A stretch of DNA of 59,032 nucleotides, counting the filler, from Dirinaria sp. TL-2023a (taxonomy: Eukaryota): NCBI GenBank assembly GCA_051941275.1. It is 7 parts of 7 records of this genome, joined end to end, with 100 filler letters (N's around TTAATTAATTAA, not from the genome) between each part and the next. Parts side by side here need not be neighbours in the genome. Positions count along the whole stretch, not along the records: positions 33,807 to 42,149 come from JAVEBF010001196.1; positions 42,250 to 50,591 come from JAVEBF010001197.1; 5 more parts are not named here. One strand, given 5' to 3'. The translations under genes were made by a program, and so were the position numbers. Shown in pieces: positions 36,776 through 49,756 of this stretch (its first letter is position 1; each line of letters opens with the position of its first letter). The notes under the pieces are model-generated. The model had not been told where the DNA came from. It searched no databases and saw only the letters and a list, made by a program, of their open reading frames with translations.

Positions 36776-38125
36776 TTACGTTGTCGGCCAAATATCCATC
36801 AAATTGTCCCAGAATCCCAGGTCATATAGGTTTTCAATTTCATGCAAACCGTGGACTCGTGTCCACTGCGGCACTCCTCCAGTAGGCTCCCCTGTCGGCG
36901 CAGAGTCATTATCCTGGATGCTCTCGGATGAAGTACCGATGCTTGGTGGCTGGCCATCTCCAAACCGCATTATACGCTGATGGCTAAAAGCTGGCCACTG
37001 TACCGACGGTGCGATCTCCGGATTCCGCGAATGAAGATCCGCTGATCGCTTCACATTTAAGCTTCGATAAATTAAGCCATCCTGGATGTCATCTTTTAGT
37101 TCTTGCCACTTCGCGCTCTCATTAGTCGTCGTGCCAGCCCAGACAAGATAAACGTGATACAAAAGGAGGGCCCAAGCAAGCGGTGAAGTAAGCAGAGCCA
37201 AGAGGCCGACAGCCCCAATGCGAGGATCCTGGCCCAGCGCCCAATTCCACAGGGTAAAGTATTGCGACCAAGTGACGTTCGTAGACCAATGCGGTGGCAG
37301 ATTCTGCTGATGCGGTTCGTCGACAACGTTTTCCTGTATGAACTGTGCAAGTATGCCATAACCAAGCCAAGCGCCGTAAGTAAGCATGACCGACAAGCTG
37401 AGCAGCATAGCGAGGAAGTAGCCATAATTGCCTTTACCCAGACAGTTCATGACCCAGATGCAGTGATGATCGTGCTTCGAAATGCAGGCTTTGCAAAGAC
37501 TGCAATGCTTACTTCGTGCAGGTTTGAAGAAGTGGCACGTACGGCATGTCTGCCCAGGCTCAAAGAGCACATGATCATAAGGATATTGGCGCATACGCTG
37601 CCAATGATTGTCGGGTGTAATCACAGAAGAGGTAGAATAGACACAGGCATAAACGTAAATGTAGGGAATAATGCTGAGAGTAAGGGCTGATGCACGTTGA
37701 GAAATGCCGAGATATGGGAATGCTGCAGGCAGAAAAAGCAACTGGGACACAAAGATGAGAATGAGGAAGAAACCCTGTTGAATGTCAGACACGCTCAGGC
37801 TCAGGCCCATTTTTGGGGCCGAGTCAGCATACAAGAACCAAAGGGTGGTTTTCGTTCATGAGGTAGTGCCAGGCCAGTCCGACTGAAGCAGACACTCGGC
37901 CTCCTGTGAGTCTATCATCTGCGCCACGAAGAATAGCTGGTACTCGGATCAACAGCAAGCGGTTCAGGGCGCCTATTGGACCTTTCCTACACATTTCATC
38001 AGCGCCGAACTGCATCAAAGTTTTCTGACGGATCACCTAAAGGCTGGGATACGACCAAAAAGAACGATGAATGTGAAAAATGACAACAGTACACTAAATA
38101 ATGCAACTTTCTTCCAAGTATTCAT
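36776..38125 (-). CDS. SWF1: DHHC palmitoyltransferase Swf1; multi-exon
   Basis: MNTWKKVALFSVLLSFFTFIVLFGRIPAF, then YLMNENHPLVL, YPYDHVLF...CRTCHFFKPARSKHCSLCKACISKHDHHCIWVMNCLG, GTTTNESAKW and NLYDLGFWDNL. Confidence 0.92.
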
Positions 38126-39409
38126 CCTGATATCGGAGTGTGGATAGAAGGTGGTCTGAGATTGGGCCACAACAGATTGCGCGGACAGACACTAAAGATA
38201 GGAACATTATGGAGGCAAAACGTCGCCCACAGGTCCATCAAGACCAGTATCTAGGCATATTATCCCTTTTCAGTCACCAGAGCCTTCAATTTGCTGTGGT
38301 CAAAGAATCCCATGCACATGCGTGACTTGGTGATTATCAGGAGTACCTCATGCCAAGGGTCCTGGCTAGCGTGATTGAGGCCAAGAGCCGACAGGGGCTG
38401 GAGGGGTCGGGCTTTTGTTGGAGCTCCTTTGGACACGGGAGTTTCCGAGTGGTTCCCTCGGCGACCTCCAGTTAGCCGCACTATTGGTTTCGGCTCTATC
38501 TTCCCCAGAAGTACAGTGAGCTGGAGCCTGGAGGCTTTCTACAGTACGGTCATAGTAGGATCAAGGTTTGTTCTTCCTCGAATGCTTGATCTAAGCGAGG
38601 GACTTGCGTGCTCTGATCGTCGGCTTGAGTCTCTCGCATTAAAGCTAGTCTACTGAAGTTTGTCTCTGTGCTGATGGCCCAACCGGCGCCTTCAAGCCTT
38701 TGTCTGTTGACAGTCCGAGATCTACTACTGCCTTCCCCCGGCAAAAAATAGTCGCCACTGAGCTTTCTTGTTTTGGAGTAGGTATTATTGACTGATTCCC
38801 ACCGCGGGCCAACATCAATTATCAAACGATAGACCCGATATAATAAACCAATATCGTGGCTCCATGTATCGATGCATGCCTTTCGTAATGCTGCGAAATT
38901 CCTGCCTCAATTCCTTCGCAATACTCCCAGAACCATTTCAAAATCTGCTTTGACGGAAGCTGCAAGCATCAAACCCAGTCAAAAGAATTGCCACTGGAAC
39001 TTTTGAGTCCAACGTTAGTGGGGTTTACGCCTCTTTTGAGCAAATCCAGAAGCAAGTAATTGGCCATGGCTGGACAGGCAAACAATTGTTAAAGGGTTAG
39101 ATATTTTGGTATGAGACTGTACGCAGCAATCTCAATAGCCGTCGACGAGCTCTAGAACTCACCGTTCAATTGAACTGGAAGTGATGTAATAATCTACGCG
39201 AGCTTCGAGAATAATTCGTCGCGAATCGGACATTTGCTCATTTGCGAGCGCACACAGATTGTCGAGACTGTGTCAGCTCTGAGCACGTGTTTGTTTTTGA
39301 CGCGTCCGAGTCGGTCCTGTCCAGTGTCCCCACACTTGAAACCCACAACAACCTCACTTATGAGGTTGTCGCATTGACTAGATCGTTGCGGTGTGACCAA
39401 ACATGCCAA

Positions 39410-41859
39410 ATGGCGAAAGTGATTTATTCAGACGTCGCAGCCACCAATGATCTCCAAGGCGATTTATTCCGAGACATCAAATTTTGGCTGTCGCAAAGGG
39501 TCCCCCAGCGATCGAGGTTCATTGCCGATATCAACGCAAGTGACCATTCCCTTCTCACGGGCAGAGCATTTTCTAAGGTTTCGTCAGGCCAATGGCGGGA
39601 AAGTGGTTCCCCTCGACAAGCAAGCGGATGTGATGATAGTTGACCATGCAAGGAAAGAGGCACCTCCTGGATCGTATGTGTTAGACGAATGGTTACGCAT
39701 TGCAAGGCTAACCATTCGGTAGATATTCATACACCTTCATCGAGAAATCCATCCGCAATGGATCCCTGGAAGACCTCGAGGATCATCAAGTTGGACCTCC
39801 GTTAGGCTCTGTCAGGAGTATTGGCTCAATTGCGCAACCCGCCAAAACGACCCGCAATAAATTCACGGAAGAGGATGATCGCGTACTTTTGCAATGGGTA
39901 TACAGCCATCCTCAAAAGGGTGGGGGGACAGAAGGCAATGAAATATACAAGCAGCTAGAGGCACAGGTGGGCTACACGCTTCCGACGTCTGAAAGCCCTG
40001 CTGATGGGCGATAGAATGCACGGCACACCTGGCAATCGTGGAGAGATCGATGGGTCAAAACTCTGAAAGGAACACCTCGCCCGCCTTTTGTTCCTACCAA
40101 TGCGCCACCAACGCCTCCTTCCGACTATCAACCACCTCAATCGGATATCGAGATGGTCAGGGCAAGTGGAAGGAAGAGAGCTGTGTTCACGGAAGTAGAC
40201 GCGGAGGTTTTGCTTGAAGTAGGCGCCGATATCCTGAATATACGACCCGAGAAAGCGGATGAGGCGTGGGAGAAGTTCGCCTCAAAGCAGGACGTGAGCA
40301 GTGTCTTGAACCAAAGATATATGGCCGATATACTGATTTACAAACAGACCGAGTTCAACCGCTCTGGCAAAGATTGGCGTGATTTCTGGGAGAAGAGTGT
40401 ACGGGAATTGTACGTAAGGCGACGCAGAAGAGAATATTTGAAGGCAGATACCGCTATTTCTAACACAGAGCCCCGAGCACATGTTGCTTCAGGACGACGT
40501 ACTCACCCCGCTGTGGTTTCAAGACGGTCCTCGCCCAGGCCACAAGATAAGAATCCAGACCGTTCTCAGAGAAGCCCGTCCATTCAACCTCAATCGTCCA
40601 AAGCAAGCAATAGAAGTCCATCACTTCCCATACGATCGCCCCTGGAGGTAAAGCCCAGCGACCAGCCAAGTCCGGATGTTTCAAGAGTCAAGGTCTCCAA
40701 AGTTATTGAACGTCTTCGGCACCCTGCCACCGAAGCAGCAAATGGCGAAGAGCTACCGCTTTTCCTTCCTGAACCCTCTCCGGAAAGGTCGGAACCTCTG
40801 AAAAAGAAGCGAGGTCTGTTCGTTGAAGACGAGCTTCCAAGCAGCTCTCCTCCGGGAATGCCAATACCACGTTCAGCCTCGCCGAAGAGGCTACGCCGAG
40901 AGACTCCCGGCTCCAAGAGGTTGGAGATTGCCTCAACGCCAGACAATAGCCCTCACCGATCAACCTTGACCGCCGAACTTTTCCTCGGTGCTCGGGATGC
41001 TGAGACTGTAAACATCTCAGACGGTGAAGAAGAAACCGAATCAGAAGGCACCGACGTCAATGACGGTGAGGACCAAGGCGACGCCAGTCTCTTAGGCCGG
41101 CCAGCTTCGCCTACTCTGTCCTCTCCAAGTCGAACGATCGCCAACTCCCAGCTAAGTCCAAGACCCGACACGCAAGCCGTCTTTGAAGATACGACACAGC
41201 TCGTCGATCTCGAGGTCCCACCTCCCGAGGAAGGTTGGGATGAAGAAGACGAAGACGGAGACGAAGACGACGACGAACTAGAACCCGTAGAGCCAGATCC
41301 AAACTCTCAGCTTATCGACTCTCCTCCGGCCCAGGTCATACCCGAAACCCAACCCAAAGTCCCAGACACCCAACACCTATTCGACAGCAAAACCCAGGTC
41401 CCAGACTTTGCTCTCGCGGAGCCGGACGGAGGGTGGGATACTTTGGACCTCCCGTCATCGCCACCGCGTGTGACGCCGGATGAACGCTCCTCTCCCGTAC
41501 CAGCACCACCAAGGGCCGCCCGCTCTCCCACACCCTCACCAGAGCTCCTGACCACCAGCATCAATCGGTTCCTGGACGATCATGTGAGCGTAGGCTACGC
41601 GGCCGATGACTGTCTCGCGGCGCTCAAGGCGACCAGCATCGATCTCGAGCTGGCGGTCTTCGTGCTGAGGTACATGACCAAGCGGGGCAAGGGCCGGATC
41701 CCGCGGCATGAGAGGGGCATCTGGACGCAGGATGACGATTCGGATCTCGAGGCGAGCGATGCGAGGAAGGTGGAGAGGGTGTATCAGAAGCATGGCACGG
41801 AGGCGGTGGAACGGCGGTGGGAGTTTTGGAGGGCGTGGAGGGAACTGGGCGAGCTATAA
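39410..41859 (+). CDS. RAP1: Telomere protein Rap1 (BRCT + Myb + Rap1 C-terminal domain); 4 introns
   Basis: BRCT region LFRDIKFWLSQRVPQRSRF...ANGGKVV...SYTFIEKSI. Myb region RNKFTEEDDRVL...GNEIYKQLE...HTWQSWRDRWVK. C-terminus GIWTQDDDSDL...KHGTEAVERRWEF. Confidence 0.9.
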
Positions 41860-42149
41860 AAGAAACGGGTTTTTTATCATTCGTAGGTGAAAGTCAAGGT
41901 TTGTTGGTGATGGTCAGAGCTATTTCATTGCTCGCCACCAATGAGTTTTTAGCGATGGCGTTTACTAAAAGGTACACCCCTTTCAGGAGACCAGGGACAG
42001 CGTTCTTTCTACTGTTGTTGCTTCAATTGCATCCGATGCTGCTAAAAACATGGCGCAAGTACTTGACATCTTCATTTCCACCTCGTCTCTCGTCCCATTT
42101 TCCTTAGCTACCCAGGCAGTGTCTAGATCCACACACTTCACAAGCTGTC

Positions 42150-42249
42150 NNNNNNNNNNNNNNNNNNNNNNNNNNNNNNNNNNNNNNNNNNNNTTAATTA
42201 ATTAANNNNNNNNNNNNNNNNNNNNNNNNNNNNNNNNNNNNNNNNNNNN
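42150..42249. other. Artificial contig-joining linker
   Basis: N44-TTAATTAATTAA-N44. Confidence 0.98.
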
Positions 42250-42485
42250 ACAGTGTAAAGAGTAAAGAAAGGGAAATCGAGGTGGTAGTAGTAGTAGGAG
42301 GAGGAGGGAAAGAAGAGGGGTTTTTCTTTTTGGGTTTGTATCGGTTATGTAAAAGCGGGGCGTGGTTTCAACGTTTTGTCTACACCTAGATATTTTACCC
42401 CATCGAAGAGAGGCAAGAGTGGTACTAGTACCTTATGGAAGACGGATTTGCGGTTTAGATTTAGAAGGGGAAGAAAAAACAACCG

Positions 42486-43496
42486 CTAGTGAAAGCCTAA
42501 TTCATCCACCATACCAACCGCTCTCGTGGTAGCCTCGTCCAGATCCTCCTTCGGCAGCCCCAGCAAATCATTGTTCAGACCCTGCGTGACCTCGTAATTG
42601 CCTTCCGCGCTGGGGAAAAACACGCGCGTGTAGAGCAACCTCGCGAACCCGAGGCGATTGCCGCCCTGCAGCATTTCGATGCCGGATTTATACCGCTCGC
42701 CCGACGGCTGGGAAGTCACCTTCCAATCTCCCTCCTTCGTGCCCGTGGCCTTCTGAAGGGCGGCGAACATCTCGCGCTGGTTGAGCGCGAAGGAGGAAAT
42801 GTAGACGAAGTTGTTTTTGAACTGGGACAGGGATTTCTCGTCCAAGGTCAGCAAGCCGGCTACCGCGCGTCCGCACTGGAGCCAGGTACTGGTGTTGAGG
42901 CGGGTGGTGCCGTCGTCGAAGAAGATGACTTCGCGCTTCTTCAGGTCGAAGCCGTAGCGCTCCGGCCCGCCGGCGAGGCTGTATTCGTACCAGAAGCCGC
43001 AGCAGATGCCGATCCAGGCGCTTTTGCCCAGTTGCTCAATGTGCGCGCGATACCCGGCCGCTTTGGGGCCGAGGAAGGTGTCCTTCCCCAGCTGCTCGTT
43101 GGTTCCGGCGGTGCCCCATTCGTTGGGAATCACATAGGGAACATTGGCTTCGGCGGCGGCTTCGATGAGCTTGGTTTGCTGCTCCGCAGGAGCCATGACG
43201 CCCATGGTGATGACGAGCGCTTGGTGCCCGCTCAGGGCTTTGACTAAAGACGATTGGTCATCGTAATTGACCTTGGCGACTTGCACGCCTTCGGGCAGTT
43301 TGGAGGTACTGTCAGCGCGGGTAATAGCGGTGACTGTATGTTTTCCCGTTTTGAGCAGCGCTTCGGTGACGAATTTGCCGACTTGGCCACCAGCCTATAT
43401 GATGAATTTAAATATGGACATGGTTGGAGATGGTGAAGATGAAAGCAAGAGAGTACTTACGCCTACAATAGCTACGTTCTTGACCGGGTTACTCAT
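42486..43496 (-). CDS. NmrA-like / isoflavone-reductase-like oxidoreductase (CipA-like); one intron (~43396-43460)
   Basis: Splicing gives NVAIVG/AGGQVGKFVTEALLKTGKHTVTAITR. Also KLIEAAAEANVPYVIPNEWG, CGFWYEYSL and NTSTWLQCGRAVA. Confidence 0.92.
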
Positions 43497-44141
43497 AGTG
43501 TTCACGGGATCCTTTGAAGAGTGAGAGCGCTATAGTATACTTAGCTTCGGAAGACTTCCGCAAGAGCGAGATCGGATTAAGTAGACTGAGTAGAGCTTTG
43601 ACTGATTGTTTGAGACAGCGGATGAAGGTGATGTTGACGATTGAGCATGGCGAGGAAAGTCCATTTTAAATACCAAGGTAAGGTACCTATGCAGTCCAAG
43701 GAGGAGGTCTTGGATCACGTGTTTCGTACATGACGATTATGAAGCCGGAGACGGACTTAATTCGGAACTGCGAATAGCGGGCCGGCATCGATACCGCGGT
43801 CGACGAAGGTGGTTAGACTCGGGCTTAGTGAAGCCAATCTCCATTCTTTCTGTCGCAGAAATAGTGCTGCCTACAGTAAGAGGGAGTGGAAAGCTCACGA
43901 CATCGGTGGAATTGATGCTCCGAGGCTGCAGCGATGGCTGGCAGAGTCTGCCGTGGCTTGCCCTAAGAGTGCAAGTGAGTGTTTGCGTGTCATGCCACGA
44001 AGGACGCAATGCTGCTATGTCTGATGCCTACAGACCTCCTTTGCAAGGCCTGCGTTGGTGTGGTTGGTAATTGTTGGTAATTTCGTTGCCTTGCAAGCAC
44101 CGGGCCATGTCCAGCGTGCGCTGATTCTGGCTTCGGAAACA

Positions 44142-46271
44142 TTAGAGTATTCTCACTCCACAACAGTCCACTCCTCCACTGTCCACCACCGATTCCCTTC
44201 CCCAGTAGAAGCCCACCATCTCCTCTACAAAAGTGCGGTCGCTTTTGCTCCACACGTCGAGGCCCATACGCGCCATATGCTCGCTTGATATGTAGACCTT
44301 CTCGTCCTCGGAGATCAGATTTTCCCGCTCGTCTGGCTCCGCAGCAGGGGTCTCTTCTGGTACATCTCTGCCGCCCGTCATTCCTTCTGTGGCAGCCGGC
44401 TCGTTCAGAGCATCGCTGTCAACAGCCTCCGCCAGGACTTTAAACATGAGCGCCGTGAGACGGTGAAAGTAAGCAATGATGGACATTTCTTGGGTCGCCC
44501 CTCCTTCAAGCATCCCCACAGGAGTCCCAGGAGTCTTGGCTTTCCCATTACTTGAACTCCCCTGACGCTGTGGCGAGCCGCTCACGGCGCTTCGATGCTC
44601 AGCGAAGCCTGATTCCCGTCGATTGAGCCCTCGCAATAGTGCAGAGTCGTGATCTGCTTCCTCGGCGAGATCGGTTCGATTTTCGCCGGCAGAGGCCCAC
44701 CACATAAAGCTCGAGTATGCCAGAGCCGACCATGATTGCGGCTCTATAAGCGTTTGGTCAATAGTGCTTAACGTATCATCGACGGCCTCACGCTCTGGAA
44801 GTGAGGTTGAAGAAGCCTCTGGATCGGTAGCCGTTGCGTAAGGTGTGGAAGGTTTACCGGCACGTGGATACTCACGCAAATCGCAGCGTAATGTCCGGTA
44901 GCGGCGGTAGTCACGCTGTGTAGCTTTGATCTCTGCGCTGTTGCTTGTTGAGAGCCGAGGCCAGGCCTGTACCGAGGCTTGGGCGCTGTGAGGTGGAGGG
45001 AGGGTAATCAAGGTGTCGTAGAGGCTCGTCTTGTGCACCAAAATATCGTCTGTCGTGCAGGCAACCCAGCCATAGCCTGGATCGTGCAATCGCTCAGTGT
45101 TCTTACCAGACGTGCGAGAGCCTGAGCTGAGAATCGACAGGTCGTGCACGCCAACTGAGAAAAGAGGGCGCAAGCGGGTGGGAAGAGGCTCGAGTGGGAT
45201 GAGATCCACAACTGAGGCAGGTATGCCTCCTAGGACAGATAAGCTATACACTACAGCAACATCAGCTTTGTCAGATATCTCGAGCCAGACGTTACCGACC
45301 GAAATTGCAAGCAAGTTCAACCGGCGCGTGCCCGACTAGCAGAATGCGCTTCCGTAACAGAGCGGCTCTGTACAATGGGAACACAAGAGGTCCAAAATTG
45401 TCTAGGAGCGTGACCAAGGACAAGGCAGGGTGGTGTGAGGAAACGCCTTTGTATGGCGGCGCAAGAGCAGAGGCTGTGGATATCGCCCTAGCCCTAGCTC
45501 GGTTTGGCTGACTTGGAGAAGACTGCTCCGATCTGCGCCTTTCACGGCCTGTAGATGGGGAACTAGGCTGAGACCGCTGCGTTGAGGGTTGTTGCTCTTC
45601 CTGCAGGTGGTGCTCTATCCAAAAGTCCTCGAGCGGTTGAGTGTTCTTTGGGTCTGAGACCATGATCCTGCAAACCTCGGCTCAGCGCATTCGCAACCTC
45701 ATTGCCATGGGAACGCGATACCTTGCCAGCCTGATTAAGCCCTCTGCATGCTTCCAGCTTTTGCCCATACGTCCATAGCTCAATGGTACCAGTGCCCCCA
45801 CTGCTAGCATAATAGCATTGCGTTCCGACTCGACAGCAGGTCTGTTCACGAAAGCGCTGATACCCGCATAATCTTCTTCGTGAATGAAGTATCTGGATGC
45901 ATCCTAAGTCGGGTGGGTGTGTCTCGAGAAATTTTGACGTACACAAGGTCTTCTTCAACATGATGCAGTCCTGACGGAAGAGATTTGAATTCGACGCTCT
46001 CGGTGAGCTCTACTAGATGATAATGAATACCGTTTCATATGCCGAAGCCCATTTGACCTACAGCCAGGAATCGATCTCTTCCATGCTACCTGGTACCTGT
46101 CCACACCCGTGTAAGTAACAACGTATGATACTTGCGGTGGGAGTATGCTCACCCGGTCCGGACATCGAAGAGAACGAGGAACACCGCCGCGATGGGTGGC
46201 AGCTCATGAGGAGCCGCATCAGGAAGTTCGAGGTGCAGAGAGCGTCCTCGGCGTCGCTTGGAATTCGACAT
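44142..46271 (-). CDS. DENN-like protein of the DUF2347/DUF4484 (LCHN/DENND11, Anr2-like) type; multi-exon
   Basis: MSNSKRRR...LPPIAAVFLVLFDVRTG, EFKSLPSGLH, YAGISAF, HPALSLVTLLDNFGPLVFPLYRAALLRKRILL, GWVACTTD, KATQRDYRRY, WSALAYSSFMWWASAG, IIAYFHRLT and a C-terminal CCGVRIL. Confidence 0.85.
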
Positions 46272-46884
46272 TGAGTGTAAAGTCTTTGGGAAATGCTTCG
46301 AGCAACAACAATTTGACCGCTTGAGGGCAGCTCCTGCCGAGGTCTTGGCGGTCAGATTAGGTTCTTTCGGTTGCTTACCGAGCTTACCTTACTATGCAAA
46401 TGCAAGTTTCACGATGTTCTCGGCTCAGCGACGGGTCTTCATGCTGGACTTTGTCTACGATCATTTCGCTGATTCAGTTTATGAAAGCTGTCAGACAGCA
46501 AATATCTTGCACATTGCACCAAAAGAGGACCCTTCTCTAGGTGAATGATTATTGCTGTATTTGTCGATTTTTCTTGTCCGACAAAAGCTGACCAGAGAAC
46601 CGTCAGTGCGGATTTGCTTGACTGATTTGCTTGACGAAATACTCATTTGAAATTTTTATGACAAATTTAATTGATGATGAGTCCTTAAGCATATGCTATG
46701 GTGCGGACTAGCGAGCCTTTAGCTAGATATCTTTCAACCTTCGCCAGCCCCAACTCCCAGGTCGTTCCCGGAGTCTTTTTTCATACTCGTGGTGATCTCA
46801 TAGGGATGTCACCTCAACTGAGCCTATCCACTCGAAGTCATCGAGGATCACTGATTGAGCGGCCTTCCCGAATCTCCAAGCCTC

Positions 46885-48735
46885 TCAGTTCAGCAATTTC
46901 TCACCTTGCTGCTGCCTCTTGCTTAAACGCACTTTGAAACCATGTTGAGGTACGAACCATCTATTTTGCACGTCCCAATCCCCACCCTCTTCGGGACCTA
47001 GAACTTGGAACTGTAGCAATGCCCGAGTGTCAGTGCGAACGCTACATTCACGGCATGCAATCGGAGAATTCACTTACGTTGAACTTCCTCAAAAGTGTTG
47101 GCACAACCTTGTGAATCTCTAAGAGTGAGATGTTCTTTCCCAAGCACGATCTATGACCGGCACCAAACTGGGATCCCAACATCAGTACTTTGCTATTGCG
47201 AGACGAGAGAATTGCTACTCAGAGCAATAAATGGGATAAAATGGCACGGCCTACCGTAAGCAGAGAGCTATCCATCTTTTTCCTCTGTTCCGCGTCGCAA
47301 AGCCATCTGTCAGGATTCCACTTGTCGCAGTCGTCCCCAAAAATGCTAGGATCTCTGTGCGCAACCCAAGCGCTCATTCCGACAACTGTGCCGGCCTTCA
47401 ATGGCTGCCCGCAGATGACAGCACCGTGAGCTGGCACCTCCCTTTCCAAAGGCAGGCCGAATGGAGGGTGTATCCTTCCCGCCTCAGCGATGACTGCGCT
47501 GAGATAGGGGAGCTCATGGGTTTGTTTCCATGTTGCAAGCTCGTCAAGCTCGCCGCGATCAGCTGCTGCGTCCAGCTCGGCCATGAGTCGTGATAACGTA
47601 CTGGGATGTGTGAGCAGTTGGTAGAAAATACTTCGCAGGAAAATGGCGGTGGTGTCACTGCCAGCTGTGATATTCGATGAAACCCAGACAAGGAGAGCCC
47701 TTTTGAAATCAGTGGCTGACAGTCTACATATTCCATTGCTTTACTTACTCTGAAGGTACATTCTGGTCCTTTGCTTGGATTTCTATAAAGCGCGAGAGGA
47801 AATCTCGATTATTGACCTCCCATTCTTCCTCAAGTTCGCCTTTCTCGAGGGCTTGCCGTTCTCGCACCCTAGACATGGCGAAAACGACTCCAGGACTTTC
47901 GCCATTCCCTCTGAAATGCCGCAAGATTGGGTTGTTCGTCCACACGTACTCTAGCCATGGCATTTGGGTTACCTATCGAACTTTTAGTTCTGTTAAATTC
48001 TCTACGACAGATGAATTGTGAGATATTCACCAGTGATGTCTTCTTGAATAGATTCCAGAGTCCAGCCATGATCCCATCAACATCCCGGCCGTTTTCCAAA
48101 AAGCCGAATCGCTTGGAAAAGGTGATCTCGCCGATAACGTCGAAAGCAAACATTTGCAGCCAATCCGATAGATTGCAGGCTGGTGACTGCCCATTATCTT
48201 TACCGATGAAACGGCTCTCAAGCTGGTCGCAGAGTACCCGCATCGTAGCATCGACGTACGGCTCAAACGAAACAAGATTACTCATTGAATATGCCCCCGA
48301 GACTGGTCTTTTCAGGTTGCGGTGAATGAGTTCACTTTGGGTGGCGAAGATGCCTTCGACAGGCTTCTTACGAGCTTTCATGAGGAGAGCGCGGTAGAAG
48401 TTCGACTTTCGCCATGGCTCCTTGAAAGAGAATATCGTCCCAATTTCCCTGGGGTCGCCCACACTGACCATGTTCGGACCAAAACGCACCAGCGGCCCAT
48501 ACTTCCGATGTTGTTCTGTGTGAATCTCATGGGCGCGCAACGAGAGCACCCACGAAAACCGCTGGAGATTTGTGAATTTGGCAAAGAAGGGGCCAGGAAT
48601 GTGCGAAAGGCGAGAGTAAGCCTGTACAGTTGAAATGATGAGGAATACCAGTGGGATGGACAGAAGCAGGAGAGGGCTTTGTCCAAAGGTGGACACGAGG
48701 CTGGAAGACGCAGCTGGAAATTGTACCACAGACAT
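46885..48735 (-). CDS. Cytochrome P450 monooxygenase (pisatin-demethylase-like group); multi-exon
   Basis: N-terminal TM segment, then HIPGP, KYGPLVRFGPN, FAFDVIGEITFS, I-helix AGSDTTA, EAGR (ExxR), PDRW and heme motif FGAGHRSCLG. Confidence 0.94.
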
Positions 48736-49756
48736 GGTAGGTCACAATCACATCGAAGAGTACATAAGGTGAGGGAACAACAACAGCAGTGGCAGATGAA
48801 AGTAAAGTGCACGATATTCTTCGACGCGGTTGCGGGACAGTAAGGTAAGATACTGAACTACTCAATTAACATCATGGATCCTAGGTAAGGTACGCAAGGT
48901 ACTCCGTGCCAAAGAGGGGGGATTCGCCTTCCTTGAGTCCAAAAGTCCTGGTCCTACTGAATCCGATACTTATTTGAATACTGTACATGTGCCTTACTGG
49001 AGATTCGGCATCTGGCGGAGGTCTGGGTCTTTCGGTGAAGCTGTACCAAACTGACCATTGCGTAACTTCAGCCCACACTGGGCATGGATACTGTGGGTAC
49101 ACTGTTGACGTGCATTCATCAGACGTCATACTCGGGTCCATTGATAAGCTGCTGTCAGAGAGTTGGGAGGATACTGCACGAGCGAAGCGATCGGGGAATC
49201 CACACGACCGGGCGACGCTGTGACAAACAGTGCATGACGCTGCTATCATGCGAGATGCCCTCGCGAAGAATATATTACTTGTTTCCAGACTGGGCTCCAT
49301 ACAATCTCACCCTTAGTCAATGGCGTGTACGCTTCAATTACCTGAAGATGGTAAGAATGTTGCTTGTAAAGACTTGCTGATACCAATTTTGAGGCAGCCT
49401 CAATGGCAATAGTAAAGTAAAAGAGATATTAGTCCTTTGACCCTGTTGGCATGGAACGAAGTGCCGAGCGTCATTATTATTAAGCAGCCCCGGTAGGAAG
49501 TGATCGCCCAGGACAACGAGAATTATAAATCACGTATATTACACGAAAGATTCAATTTCGTCGCAGAACCGACAATCAATTGCAGCCCGTGTCGAAAAAG
49601 TTGTGTCTTTTGAAGTATCTTCGCAGTGTCCGAGTGTTATGTACCTAAGACAGACTTATCATATTTACCGAGCCAAGCAGAAAATTCTGGAGTTCCATGC
49701 TCATCGCCAAGCATCTACACCGATGCGATCCGGTGTCATTTGTTTGCACTTGAAAA

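Noticed and set aside
38400..39200. Short ORFs between SWF1 and RAP1
   Set aside because: There is no consistent exon chain or motif, so I treated this as divergent intergenic DNA.
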